The translations under genes were made by a program, and so were the position numbers. DNA of 63,658 bases, the filler included, from Octopus bimaculoides (taxonomy: Eukaryota), in assembly GCF_001194135.2 (NCBI RefSeq). It is 10 parts of 10 records of this genome, joined end to end, with 100 filler letters (N's around TTAATTAATTAA, not from the genome) between each part and the next. Parts side by side here need not be neighbours in the genome. Positions count along the whole stretch, not along the records: positions 8,803 to 13,164 come from NC_068991.1; positions 13,265 to 17,604 come from NC_069008.1; positions 17,705 to 32,319 come from NW_026334466.1; 7 more parts are not named here. One strand, given 5' to 3'. The notes below the pieces were generated by a model. The model had not been told where the DNA came from. It saw nothing but the letters and a program-made list of their open reading frames with translations, and ran no database searches. Shown here piece by piece: positions 13,071 to 26,800 of this stretch; positions within the stretch are counted from its first letter, which is position 1, and each line of letters starts with the position of its first letter.

Positions 13071-13546
13071 GAAGGAAGACAACTCACCCAGCCATAATTT
13101 TTAAAAGGAATATTTCTTCACCTATCACCGGCGTTCTTGTGTTTTTAAAAATCATTCTTTGCAGNNNNNNNNNNNNNNNNNNNNNNNNNNNNNNNNNNNN
13201 NNNNNNNNTTAATTAATTAANNNNNNNNNNNNNNNNNNNNNNNNNNNNNNNNNNNNNNNNNNNNATATATATATATATATATATATACACGTATATAGGC
13301 ATATATAAGGTAATATATACACTCTCTATCGTTTCCTTCTATCTATATATCTTCTTTTCTTCTGATTCCCCGCCTCTCCATTCCACCACGCCGCCATATA
13401 ATTCTCCGTAAAGATAAACACATTCACACCCATATATACACACGGTCGTATATAAATGTATGTACGTAGATATATACCTATGTTGAAGTGTGTGTGTGTA
13501 CACATAAACGTGTGTGCTTATAGATATATTTCAACTCACACACACG

Positions 13547-13598
<52 letters not shown>

Positions 13599-14507
13599 CA
13601 CACACACATATATATGTATGTATATATGTACGTGTATATATGTATGTATGAGTATGTGTGTGAATACACATTTATACAGAAAATATTTTCCTACATAATT
13701 CTACATTTAACATACATATGTGTGTGTGTATATAAATATGTGTATATATATATTTGATAATATCGAGTTGTATGTATATGCCGGCATACATACGTACACA
13801 CAAAAACATTCATACATATATATAGATATACATATATATATAGAGTTATTAATATTTCTAAGTCTCTCTAAAGGANNNNNNNNNNAGTCTGTGCTTTCGT
13901 AGTGTGATAATTCTCACTTAGTTATCACATCGTTTGGCGTTGAACATTTGAAAAATGCTTTTCTCTTGCATGTAACATATATATTATTTACCGCATATGA
14001 AACACCTAGATTTTGGTGACATTTTACTTGTTACTTATTAAGAAACACTTTCTCACGAAACTCTGCGCCCCTGCTTCACTTATGTAGCCTTAAATTAGTA
14101 CTAAGCACTATACTCGGGCGTGCGCGTTTGTAAATAAACGACACAAAACCGCTGGCGTTTCTACTTCTTTTTCTCTTACGCTTCATATTCCTTTTACTTC
14201 TCTTTGAAAACTGGCCAAATGTTTCATGACGAATTATTTAGCAGATTTTGTAAGTTCTTTGCTACGAAATTCAAGGCCTCTGGTTGTAAACAAATGTCGC
14301 AAAATCTGTTTGTCTTAATTCTCTTATTGCATTTAGTTTATGATAAGCATGAAAATATCTTCTATGCGAATTCTGAAACAAGCTGATGTCCACTAGACGA
14401 ATGACCGAAAGAGTTCCAAGTGAGACCATCCTGTCTTTTAGTCAGATATTTATCAACAAGGACTCCATTGTCCCACTAGAGTGATGACCATGTGTCATCT
14501 ACAAAGT

Positions 14508-14884
14508 GTGGAGGCGCAATGGCCCAGTGGTTAGGGCAGCGGACTCGCGGTTTCGATTCCCAGACCGGGCGTTGTGAGTGTTTATTGAACGAAAACACCT
14601 AAAGCTTCACGAGGCTCCGGCAGGGAATGGTGGCGAACCCTGCTGTACTCTTTCACCACAACTTTCTCTCACTCTTTCTTCCTGTTTCTGTTGTGCCTGT
14701 AATTCAAAGGGTCAGCCTTGTCACGCTGTGTCACGCTGAATATCCCCGAGAACTACGTTTAAAGGGTACACGTGTCTGTGGAGTGCTCAGCCACTTGCAC
14801 GTTAATTTCACGAACAGGCTGTTCCGTTGCTCGGATCAACTGGAACCCTCGACGTCGTAAGCGACGGAGTTCCAACAACAACAA
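14508..14884 (+). mobile_element. tRNA-derived SINE, family C, with (CAA)n tail
   Basis: A-box tggcccagtggttag and B-box ggtttcgattccc. The body is near-identical to 46259-46626 and 48595-48996. The anticodon arm is deleted in this copy. Confidence 0.88.
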
Positions 14885-15340
14885 TCTACAAAGTAGAAAC
14901 ATTTGTCATCAAACAGCTATGGGACTCGAACTATACACATGCATAGGAGTTCCTTGGTTCGGTCTCAAAGCAATACCACCTCCCGCTACAAAACCACAGA
15001 TCAATAAACTCGCTTCGCCACCGACTGCCTTTCTTTTAAACAAAATATTCTTTGTTTGAGGAAATCATTTCACTGATGACGATGAGGTACTCATCTAAAA
15101 TGGTTGTTAATTATGTTAGAAAGCTTTTGTCTTACATTCATAAAGACGGCGAGAGTGTAGTCGTAAGATTTAAACAGAGCAGACGATAACTATATGTCAT
15201 CTGCTCTGTCTAGCTTTCATTCGATAGATGTTCTGTATACCTATATTCAATATGGTTACAGACACTTTAATATATAAAGGAATATATACGTTTGTTTGCG
15301 TATACGTGTACGTCCTTTTGTGCTTTTGTATTTGTGAGTA

Positions 15341-15414
<74 letters not shown>

Positions 15415-15488
15415 TGCGTGTGTGTATATATGTGCATGTGTGTCCATCTAGCTAGTTCGCTAAATAGCTACGTAGACAGACAGACAGG

Positions 15489-15519
<31 letters not shown>

Positions 15520-15521
15520 AT

Positions 15522-15572
<51 letters not shown>

Positions 15573-16467
15573 CGTATCCATGGAGAGCAGTGTGCAATGG
15601 AAATGTGGAGGCTAAGCATTCTGTATAGACCAATGTAAAGAAAGTTCCATTATAAAGAGATTACAAAGAACCAGACGCCGAGAAAACAAGCTTCAAAGAA
15701 GACCCAAAACTCTTTCCTCATATCTCACTCTCCATACGCACGCACACACACNNNNNNNNNNNNNNNNNNNNNNNNNNNNNNNNNNNNNNNNNNNNNNNNN
15801 NNNNNNNNNNNNNNNNNNNNNNNNNNNNNNNNNNNNNNNNNNNNNNNNNNNNNNNNNNNNNNNNNNNNNNNNNNNNNNNNNNNNNNNNNNNNNNNNNNNN
15901 NNNNNNNNNNNNNNNNNNNNNNNNNNNNNNNNNNNNNNNNNNNNNNNNNNNNNNNNNNNNNNNNNNNNNNNNNNNNNNNNNNNNNNNNNNNNNNNNNNNN
16001 NNNNNNNNNNNNNNNNNNNNNNNNNNNNNNNNNNNNNNNNNNNNNNNNNNNNNNNNNNNNNNNNNNNNNNNNNNNNNNNNNNNNNNNNNNNNNNNNNNNN
16101 NNNNNNNNNNNNNNNNNNNNNNNNNNNNNNNNNNNNNNNNNNNNNNNNNNNNNNNNNNNNNNNNNNNNNNNNNNNNNNNNNNNNNNNNNNNNNNNNNNNN
16201 NNNNNNNNNNNNNNNNNNNNNNNNNNNNNNNNNNNNNNNNNNNNNNNNNNNNNNNNNNNNNNNNNNNNNNNNNNNNNNNNNNNNNNNNNNNNNNNNNNNN
16301 NNNNNNNNNNNNNNNNNNNNNNNNNNNNNNNNNNNNNNNNNNNNNNNNNNNNNNNNNNNNNNNNNNNNNNNNNNNNNNNNNNNNNNNNNNNNNNNNNNNN
16401 NNNNNNNNNNNNNNNNNNNNNNNNNNNNNNNNNNNNNNNNNNNNNNNNNNNNNNNNNNNNNNNNNNN

Positions 16468-16538
16468 TGGTAGTCATGATGGGTATATTGGGCTTCGTAT
16501 ATTTTACCCCAGTGTCACTTTGATGGCATGCCCTGCTC
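16468..16538. repeat. 3' end of dispersed repeat X
   Basis: Matches about 1025-1085; the left side is lost in an N gap. Confidence 0.55.
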
Positions 16539-16539
16539 T

Positions 16540-16772
16540 GACTCATGTACTGAGGAGAGCATTATCGCTGTGAAAACAACATCCATTCACGAATTTATTT
16601 ATTTATTAATTTTTTTTTTAAATACATATTTTACCTGTGAATTTGCGTGTGTAAACTGGGAATGCATACAATGAGCTTCTCTGCCCTAGGTGTACGGAAA
16701 ACACTCGGCGAGAAATGGAAGAAAATTTGAAGAAAGAAGAAAAAAAGCAACATAATAATAATACTAATAATA
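16540..16772 (+). mobile_element. R4/Dong-like LINE 3' end (second copy) with (AAT)n tail
   Basis: Near-identical to 118-334 (gactcatgtac...gcattatcgctgtgaaaacaacatcc...aacataataataat). Confidence 0.75.
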
Positions 16773-17550
16773 AAACTAATGGTGACATCACAGATGGACA
16801 AAAGGCAATCTACGACAGAAGAAAGGTTAGGCTACAGAAAAAAAGGCAAGGCTACAAAAGAATGATAGCAACATTATTTGCAACCTTAAAAAAGGTGGAA
16901 ATTGAAGCCAGAAACGAAAAATGTGAATGAAATTCTGAAATACATCAGAACGAAAGACATCACAGAAACAAACAATTTGATCAAGTCAGTAAGTGTTGTT
17001 GTAGCAGAAAACGTGGGTGTTGATGTCAAGAAAAAGAAACATAATGGGAGTGACAAAAGAAAAGATAATACAGTTCTATATTTAAGAGATGAATTATGTA
17101 CATTTTTTACGTTATTTACACCTGATGAAGACTGGAGGGTATATCAGCCGAAACGTTGTGTTAACAACAAACAAGATGAGGACAAATATCTGCCGAATGT
17201 AAATAATGTGAAGAGAAAAAATCCATGGTGGAAAAGAAGAATACAGGCGGGGTTAGATATGCTCTCGAAGGACATTTCTGTGTTAAACCGAAAAGAGAAT
17301 GGGGTGAGCTTAAAAGCGAACAAAAATACAGGGAACAGAAAAGGAAGTATGATATTGAAAGAAAGGGCCTGAAAGTGGTAATGGAGGAAGTGAAGCAGCG
17401 CCTCGTTGCAAAGAAAGCAAAGATGGTAAGATACGACCAAAGAATGAAGGGATACCAGCGGATTAAGTTATTCAGGGTAGATCAGAAGAGATTCTACAAA
17501 GAAAGAAATGGAGGGTGTACAGATGAAAAGATGATACCAGATAACCTGCT
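16773..17550 (+). mobile_element. R4/Dong-like LINE pre-RT ORF fragment, interrupted by a ~120-bp ribozyme-bearing insert at about 17090-17209
   Basis: KNVNEILKYIRTKDITETNNLIKSVSVVVAENVG, NPWWKRRIQAGLDMLSKDIS and EEVKQRLVAKKAKMVRYDQRMKGYQRIKLFRVDQKRFY, typical of the R4-clade pre-RT region. Frameshifted. Confidence 0.7.
17115..17164 (+). ncRNA. Minimal type I hammerhead ribozyme motif (Penelope-associated type), stem II mutated
   Basis: Stem I ACAC/GUGU (extended UU/AA); CUGAUGA 17122-17128; extra A; stem II G(A)CUG/CAGCC with one A.C mismatch; GAAA 17150-17153; palindromic ACGU stem III; GUU cleavage triplet (cut after 17157). Confidence 0.6.
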
Positions 17551-17802
17551 CAACGTCCGAAAATCGATTTTTTTTTTATCTATTTATTTTATATTTCCTT
17601 ATTTNNNNNNNNNNNNNNNNNNNNNNNNNNNNNNNNNNNNNNNNNNNNTTAATTAATTAANNNNNNNNNNNNNNNNNNNNNNNNNNNNNNNNNNNNNNNN
17701 NNNNATTTGTATATTTATAAATGTATATATATTTGTATTTATATATATATATATACACATGTGCATGGTTACATAAATAAATATATATATATATATATAT
17801 AC

Positions 17803-20800
17803 CTTCGTTCGTTCAATCTTTCGTTCTTTTGTTCCTTCGTAAGTACGAACGTACGTACGAAAGAATGTACGAACGATAGAACAAGTGATTTAACGAACAA
17901 ATATAGGTACATACGTACGAACGAACGAACGACCAAAAGATTGAACGAACCAACGTACGTACGAACGAACGAAAGAAAGATCGAAATAAAGAAAGAACGA
18001 ACGGTCGAACGAAAGAATTAACGTACATATGTACGAATGAACGAACGTACGTACGGACGAACGAAAGAACTAACGTAGGTACGTACGAACTACCGAACGT
18101 ACGTGCGTATGTACGTACGACATGCGTACGTACAAACAAACGAAGCAACGAACAAAAGGTGGTACGTTTATACGTACGTTCATACGTAAGAAGGAACGAT
18201 CGAACGAAAGTAGATAAGTACGTTCCTAAGTATGTACGCGCGAATGAACAAACGAACGTACATACGTACGTACCTACGAACGAAATAACGAAAGAATGAA
18301 CAAACAAACGAATGAATGAACGAACGGAAACATATCGTATGAACGATAGTACGTACGAACGAACAAAGGAAGAAAAGAAATGAAGGAACGAGCGAAAGTA
18401 TGTACGAACGTACATACGTACCTACAATTAGCGATTGTACGAACGTACGTACGTCCGATCGAAGGAACGAACGTACGTACGTACGCACCAACGATCGTAT
18501 GTACATACGAACAAACGAACGTATTTACGTACTTACGTATGTACGTAAGAACGTACATACGAAGGAACGAACTAGCGAAAGAAGGAACGAACGAAAGAAC
18601 TAACGAACGTACGAAGAAACGAAGGTACGTTTGTACGTAACAATGAAGGAATGAACAAACGCAAGTACGTACGAACGAACGACCAAACGAGCGAAAGAAC
18701 GTACGTACATACGAACGGACGTACGTAGATTAGTACTATGTACGAACCTAAGTACGCACGTACGAATGAACTAACAAACGAATGTACGTAAGTACGTACG
18801 AATGACCGAGCAAATGAACGAACTTACGTAAATACGTACGAACGAACGAACATACGAAATAACGAACGAACGTACGTTGGTAAGAACGAGAGAACGAACG
18901 TACGTACGGATGTACGTTCGCAAGTACCTACGTACGAAAGAATGAACGAACGAACTTACGTTCGTAATTACAAACGAAAGACAGAACGAATGAAGGAACG
19001 AACGAACGTAAGTATGTACGTAGGTACGAACGAAAGAACGCGAATGAATGAACGATCGAAGAAACGAATGTACGTACGAAAGAACGATCGAAATACCGAA
19101 CGTACGTATGAGCGAACGGAATCATATACATACGTCCGTACGAACGAACGTACGTACGTATGTACGAACGAACGATAGTGAGTACGTACGTATGAAGGAA
19201 CGAAGAAACGAAATGAATGAACGAGCGAACGTACAAACGAATGAACATACGTATGTACGAAGGAACGAACGAAAGAACGAACGTACGTACGTACGTAGGA
19301 ACGAACGTTCGTACGTACATGCGAACGAACGTACGTACGTAGATAAGTACGTATGAACGAACGAGCGATCGAACGAACGTACGTACGTACGAACGACCGA
19401 ACGAACTAACAAACGAATGTACGTAAGTACGTACGAATGACCGAACGAACGAAAAAACGAACGTACATACGAACGAACGACCGAGCAATTGAACGAACGA
19501 ACAACGAACGTAAATACGTACGAACGAACATACGAAATAACGAACGGATGTACGTTCGCAAGTACCTACGTACGAAAGAATGAACGAACGTACGTAAAAA
19601 CGAACGACGAACGAACTAACGATCGAACAAACGATAGACAGAACGAATGAACGAACGTAAGTATGTACGTAGGTACGAAGGAAAGAACGAACGATCGAAG
19701 AAACGAAAGTAGGAACGATCGAAAGATCGAACGTATGTATGAGCGAACGGAATCATATACATACGTCCGTACGTACGAACGAACGATAGTACGTACGTAC
19801 GTATGAAGGAACGAATTAACGAAGAAACGAAATGAATAAACGAGCGAACGTACGAAGGAACTAACGATTGAACGTACATACGCACGTACGTACGTACGAA
19901 CGAACGAATGAAAGAACTTACGTACGTAATTACGTATGCACGAACGAACGAACGTACGTACGTAAGTACGTCCGAACGATCGAACTAACTAACGAAAGAA
20001 CGAACGTATGTACGTACGTAATTACGAACGAACGATCCAATTACGTACGTAGGTACGAACGTACGTACGTGCGGATGAACGAACGACCGAACGATCGAAG
20101 GAACGGACGAAAGAACGAACGTACGTACGATCGATCGTACGTACGTACGTACATACGAACGAACGTATGGACGTACGTAATTACGTTCGTTCGTTCGTAA
20201 TTACGTACGTGCGTTCGTTCGTTCCATCGTTCATTCCTTCCTTCGTTTGTGCGTTCGTTCGATCAATCGTTCGTTCGTTCCTACGTACGTAAGGTTGTTC
20301 GTTTGTTCGTACGTATGTACCTACGATTGTTCGTTAAATCGTTTGTTCTATCGTTCGTTTCTTCTTTCGTTCTTTCGGTCGTTCGTTGATTCTTTTGTTC
20401 GTTCGTTCGTTGATTCATACGTACGTACGTTCGATCGTTCGTTCGTCACCACGTACGTATGTGCGAACTTTCGTTCGTTAGTACGTTCGTTCATTCGTTC
20501 GTTCGTTCGTAAATACGTAAGTACGTACGTTCATTCGTTTGTTCGTTCGTTCGTTCGTTCGATCGTTTGTAGGTACGTACGTTCGTTTATTCGTACTATG
20601 TACGTTCGTTTATTCGTACTATGTACGTTCGTTCGTTCGTTCGTTCCTTAATTTCGTTCGTTCAGTCGTTCGTACGTACATACGTTAGTTCATTCGTACG
20701 TACGTACATACGTACATTCGCTCGCTCGTTCGATCTTTCCTACGTTCGGATGTATGTACGTTCGTTTGTTCGTTCGATCTTTCTTTCGTTCGCAAGTGCG

Positions 20801-23800
20801 TACGTTCGTTCGTTTGTTCGTTCGTTCATTTGTTCATTCTAATGTACGTTCGTTCGTTCTTTTGTTCGTTCGAACATACCTACGTTCGTTCGTACGTAAG
20901 GGAGTATGTACGCACGTTCCTTCGTTCGCTTGATCGTACATACGTACGTTTGTTTCTTCGTACGTACGCACATACGTTCTTTCGTTCGTTCGTTCATATA
21001 TACGTACGTACGTAGATCGTTCGTACGTTCGTTCTTTCGTTCGTTCCTTCGATCGTTCGGTCGTTCGTTCGTCCGCACGTACGTACGTTCGTTTTTCGTA
21101 CCTACGTACGTAATTACGTTCGTTCGTTCGTACTTACGTACGTTCGAAGGAACAAAAGAACGAACGAAGGTACGTACGAGCGAACGAACGAACGAACGAT
21201 CGAACGAACGAACGGAAGATCGAACGAACGAACGAACGAACAAAAGAAAGAACGTACGTATGTAATTACGAAGGAACGAACGTAATTACGTACGTACGTT
21301 CTTTCTTTCGTTCGTTCGTACTTACGTACGTACATACGTTCGTTCTTTCGTTGGATCGTTCTTTCGTTCGGACGTAATTACGTACGTACGTTCTTTCATT
21401 CGTTCGTTCGTTCGTACGTACGTGCGTATGTACGTTCAATCGTTAATTCCTTCGTACGATCGTTCGCTCGTACTTTCGTACATACGTACGTACGTTCGTT
21501 CATTCTTTCGTACGTAGGTACTTGCGAACGTACATCCGTACGTACGTTCGTTCTCTCGTTCTTTCGTACTTACCAACGTACGTTCGTTCGTTATTTCGTA
21601 TGTTCGTTCGTTCGTTCGATCGTTCGTACGTACCTTCGTACTAACGAAAGAACGACAGAACTAACGTATGTACGTACGTACGAACGAACAAACGAACAGA
21701 TGGACGAGCGAACGTACGTACGTACGAACAAACGAAGGAACGAATGGACGTACGTACATAAGTACGTACGTACGAACGAACGAACTACTGAACGAACGAA
21801 CTAACGAACGAAAGTTCACACATACGTACGTAGCAACGAACGAACGAATGAACGAACGAACTAACGTACGTACGTATGAATCAACGAACGAATGAAAGAA
21901 CGTACGTACGAACGAACGAACGAACGAAAGAATTAACGAATGAACAAAAGAAGGAACGAACAATTTAACGAACATTCGTAGGTACATACGTAAGAACGAA
22001 CGAACAACCGTACGTACGTATGAACGAACGAACGATTGATCGAACGAACGAACAAACGAAAGATGGAACGAACGATGGAACGAACGAACGAAGGACCAAA
22101 AAACGAACGAAAGTACGTAGGTACGTAAGAACAAACGAACGAACGAAAGAAAGTTTGAACGAACGAAGGTACGTACGAGCGAACGGACGATCGAACGAAC
22201 GAACGAAAGAAAGAACGCACGTACGTACGTACTTAATTACGTTCGTTCGTTCGTACTTACGTACGTACGTTCTTTCTTTTGTTCGTTCGTTCGATCGTTC
22301 GTTCGTTCGTTCGTTCGTTCGCTCGTACGTACCTTCGTTCCTTCAATCTTTCGTTCGTTCTTTCGTTCGTATGTACGTACGTACGAACGATTTAACGAAC
22401 GAGCGAACGAACGAACGAACGATAGAACGAACGAACGAATGAAAGAACGAACGAATGAACGAAAGAATCAAAGAACGAAAGAAGGATCGAACGATAGAAC
22501 AAACGATTTAAAGAATAAATGTAGGTACATACTTACGAACAAAAGAAAGAACAAACGAACGAAAGATCGAAATAAAGAAAGAACGAACGTACATACGTAC
22601 ATAAATACGTACGAACGAACGAACAAATGAACTTACGTTCGGACGAATGAACCATCGAACGAAAGAATTCACGAACAAACGTACGTAAGAACGAACGAAC
22701 GAACGTACGTACGTACGTACGTATGTACGAATGTACGAACGAACGAACGACCGAACGATCGAAGGAATGAACGAACTACGTACGCATGCAAGTACGGACG
22801 AAGACAAAAACGATCGAACTAACGAAAGAACGAAGGAATGATAGAACTAACGAAGGTACTTACATACGTAGGTACGAATGACCGAACGAACGTACGTACG
22901 AACGAATGACCGAGCAAATGAACGAACGAACTTACGTACGTAAATACGTACGAACGAACGAACATACGAAATAACGAACGAACGTACGTTGGTAAGAACG
23001 ACAGAACGAACATACGTACGGATGTACGTTCGGATGTACGTTCGGAAGTACCTACCTACGTACGAAAGAATGAATGAACGAACGACGAACGAACGAACGT
23101 ACGTTTGTACGTAAGTACAAACGAACTAACGATCGAACAAACAAAAGACAGAACGAATCAAGGAACGAACGAACGTAAGTATGTACGTAGGTACGAACGA
23201 AAGAACGAACGATCGAAAGATCGAACGTACGTATGAGCGAACGGAATCATATACATACGTCCGTACGAACGAACGATAGTGCGTACGTACGTATGAAGGA
23301 ACGAATGAACGAAGAAACGAAATGAATGAACGAGCGAACGTACAAACGAATGAACATACGTATGTACGAAAGTACGAACGAACGAACGTATGAAGGAACT
23401 AACGATTCAACGTACACACGCACGTACGTAGGTACGAACGAACGAATGAAAGACGTTACGTACGTAATTACGTATGTACGAACGTACGTACGTAAGTACG
23501 TCCGAACGAACGAACGATCGAGCGAACTAACGAAAGAACGAACGTATGTACGTACGTAAGTACGAACGAACGATCGTAATTACGTACGTAGTACGAACGA
23601 ACGTACGTACGTGCGGACGAACGATCGAAGGAACGAAAGAAAGAACGAAAGTACGTACGTATGAACAATCTCCGTACGTACATACGGACGTACGTACGTA
23701 CTTACGTATGTACGTACGAACGTACAAACGAACGTACATACGAAGGGACGAACTAACGAACGACCGAGCGAAAGAACGTACGTGTGTATGTACCAAGAAA

Positions 23801-26800
23801 GAAACGTACGTACGATCGAGCGAACGAACGTACGTCCGAACAAAAGAATGAACGAACGTTCGTACGTACGTAGTACGTACATTAGAATGAACAAACGAAC
23901 GAAAGAACGAAGCAATAGGTGGTACGTTTGTACGTACGTTCATGCGTAAGAAGGAACTAACTTAGGAACGTAAGTACGTCCGAACGATCGAATGAACAAA
24001 TGAACGAACGAACGAACTAACGAAAGAATGAACCAACGAAAGAACTAACGAACGAACGTACGTACGTACGAACGACCGAACGAACTAATAAACGAATGTA
24101 CGTAAGTATGTACGAATGACCAAACGAAAGAAAGAACGAACGTACATTCGAACGAACGATCGAAGGAACGGACGAAAGAACGAACGTACGTACGTACGAA
24201 CGATCGTACGTACGTACATACGAACGAACGAACGTACGGACGTCCGTATGTACGTACGAACGTACAAGCGAACGTACATACGAAGGGACGAACTAACGAA
24301 CGACCGAGCGAAAGAACGTACGTGTGTACGTACCAAGAAAGAAACGTACGTACGATCGAGCGAACGAACGTACGTCCGAACAAAAGAACGAACGAACGTT
24401 CGTACGTACGTAGTACGTACATTAGAATGAACAAACGAACGAAAGAACGAAGCAACGAACAATAGGTGGTACGTTTGTACGTACGTTCATGCGTAAGAAG
24501 GAACGAACTTAGGAACGTAAGTACGTCCGAACGATCGAACGTACGTACGAACAAACGAACAAACGAACGAATGTACGTACGTACGAACGAAAGTACGTAC
24601 GTACGTACGAATGAACGAACGAACGAAAGGACGAACAAACGAACGACCAAACAAATGAATGAACGAACAACGGACGAACTTACGTACGGACGAACGAATA
24701 AGCAAACGGAAAAATATCCGTACGTACGAAAGATCGAACGAGCGAAAGAAGCTACGTACGTATGTACGAATGAACGATAGTACGTACGTACGTACGTACG
24801 AACGAACGAACGAAGAAAAGAAATGAAGGAACGAGCGAACTAACGAATGAACTACTTACGTATGTACGTAAGAACGTACACACGAACGTACATACGAAGG
24901 AACGAACTAGCGAAAGAACGAACGAACGAAAGAACTAACGAACAAACCAAACAACGAACAAACAAACCAAACAACGAACAAACGAAGGTACGTTTGTACG
25001 TACGTAAATACGAACCTAAGTACGTACGTATGAATGAACAAATGAACGAACGAACGAACGAACTAACGAAAGAATGAACCAACGAAAGAACTAACGAACG
25101 AACGTACGTACGTACGAACAACCGAACAAACTAACAAACGAATGTACGTAAGTATGTACGAATGACCAAACGAAAGAAAGAACGAATGTACATACGAACG
25201 AACGACCGAACGATCGAAGGAACGGAACAAAGAACGAACGTACCAAAGAACGAACGTACCAAAGAACGAACGTACGTACGTACATACGAACGAACGAACG
25301 TACGGACGTACTAACGTAATAACGTTCGTTCGTTCTTTCGTTCCTTAATTTCGTTCGTTTAGTCGTTCGTACGTACATACGTTAGTTCATTCGTACGTAC
25401 GTACATACGTACATTCGTTCGCTCGTTCGATCTTTCCTACGTTCGGATGTATGTACGTACGTTCGTTCGTTCTTTCGTACGTACGTACCAACGAACGAAT
25501 GAAAGAACTTACGTACGTAATTACGTATGTACGAACGAACGAACGTATGTACGTAAGTACGTTCGAACGAACGAACGATCGAACTAACTAACGAAAGAAC
25601 GAACTATGTACGTACGTAATTACGAACGAACGATCGTAATTACGTACGTAGGTACGAACGTACGTAGGTACGAACGTACGTAGGTACGAACGTACGTACG
25701 TGCGGACGAACGTACGTACGTGCGGATGAACGAACGACCGAACGATCGAAGGAACGAACGAAAGAACGAACGTACGTACGTACGATCGTACGTACGTACG
25801 TACATACGAACGAACGTACGGACGTACGTACTTACGTTCGTTCGTTCGTAATTACGTACGTACGTTCGTTCTTTTGTTCCTTCGTTCGTTCGTTCTATCG
25901 TTCGTTCCTTCTTTCGTTTGTTCGTTTGTGCGTTCNNNNNNNNNNNNNNNNNNNNNNNNNNNNNNNNNNNNNNNNNNNNNNNNNNNNNNNNNNNNNNNNN
26001 NNNNNNNNNNNNNNNNNNNNNNNNNNNNNNNNNNNNNNNNNNNNNNNNNNNNNNNNNNNNNNNNNNNNNNNNNNNNNNNNNNNNNNNNATCGTTCGTTTC
26101 TTCTTTCGTTCATTCGGTCGTTCGTTGATTCTTTTGTTCGTTCGTTCGTTGATTCATACGTACGTACGTTCGATCGTTCGTTCGTTCATTCGTTCGTTCG
26201 TTACCACGTACGTATGTGCGAACTTTCGTTCGTTAGTACGTTCGTTCATTCGTTCGTTCGTTCGTTCGTAAATACGTAAGTACGTACGTTCATTCGTTTG
26301 TTCGTTCTTTCGTTCGTTCGATCGTTTGTACGTACATACGTTCGTTCGTTCGAACGTTCGTACATAAGTACGTTCGTTTATTCGTACTATGTACGTTCGT
26401 TTATTCGTACTATGTAAGTTCGTTCGTTCGTTTGTTCCTTAATTTCGTTCGTTCGTTTGTTCCTTAATTTCGTTCGTTCAGTCGTTCGTACGTACATACG
26501 TTAGTTCATTCGTACGTACGTACATAAGTACATTCGTTCGATCTTTCTTTCGTTCGCAAGTGCGTACGTTCGTTCGTTCGTTCGTTTGTTCGTTCGTTCG
26601 TTTGTTCATTCTAATGTACGTTCGTTCGTTCTTTTGTTCGTTCGAACGTACCTACGTTCGGACGTACGTTCGTTCGTACGTAACGGCGTATGTACGGACG
26701 TTCCTTCGTTCGCTTGATCGTACATACGTACGTTGTTTCTTCGTGCGTACGCACATACGTTCTTTCGTTCGGTCGTTCGTTAGTTCTTTTCTTCGTTCGT

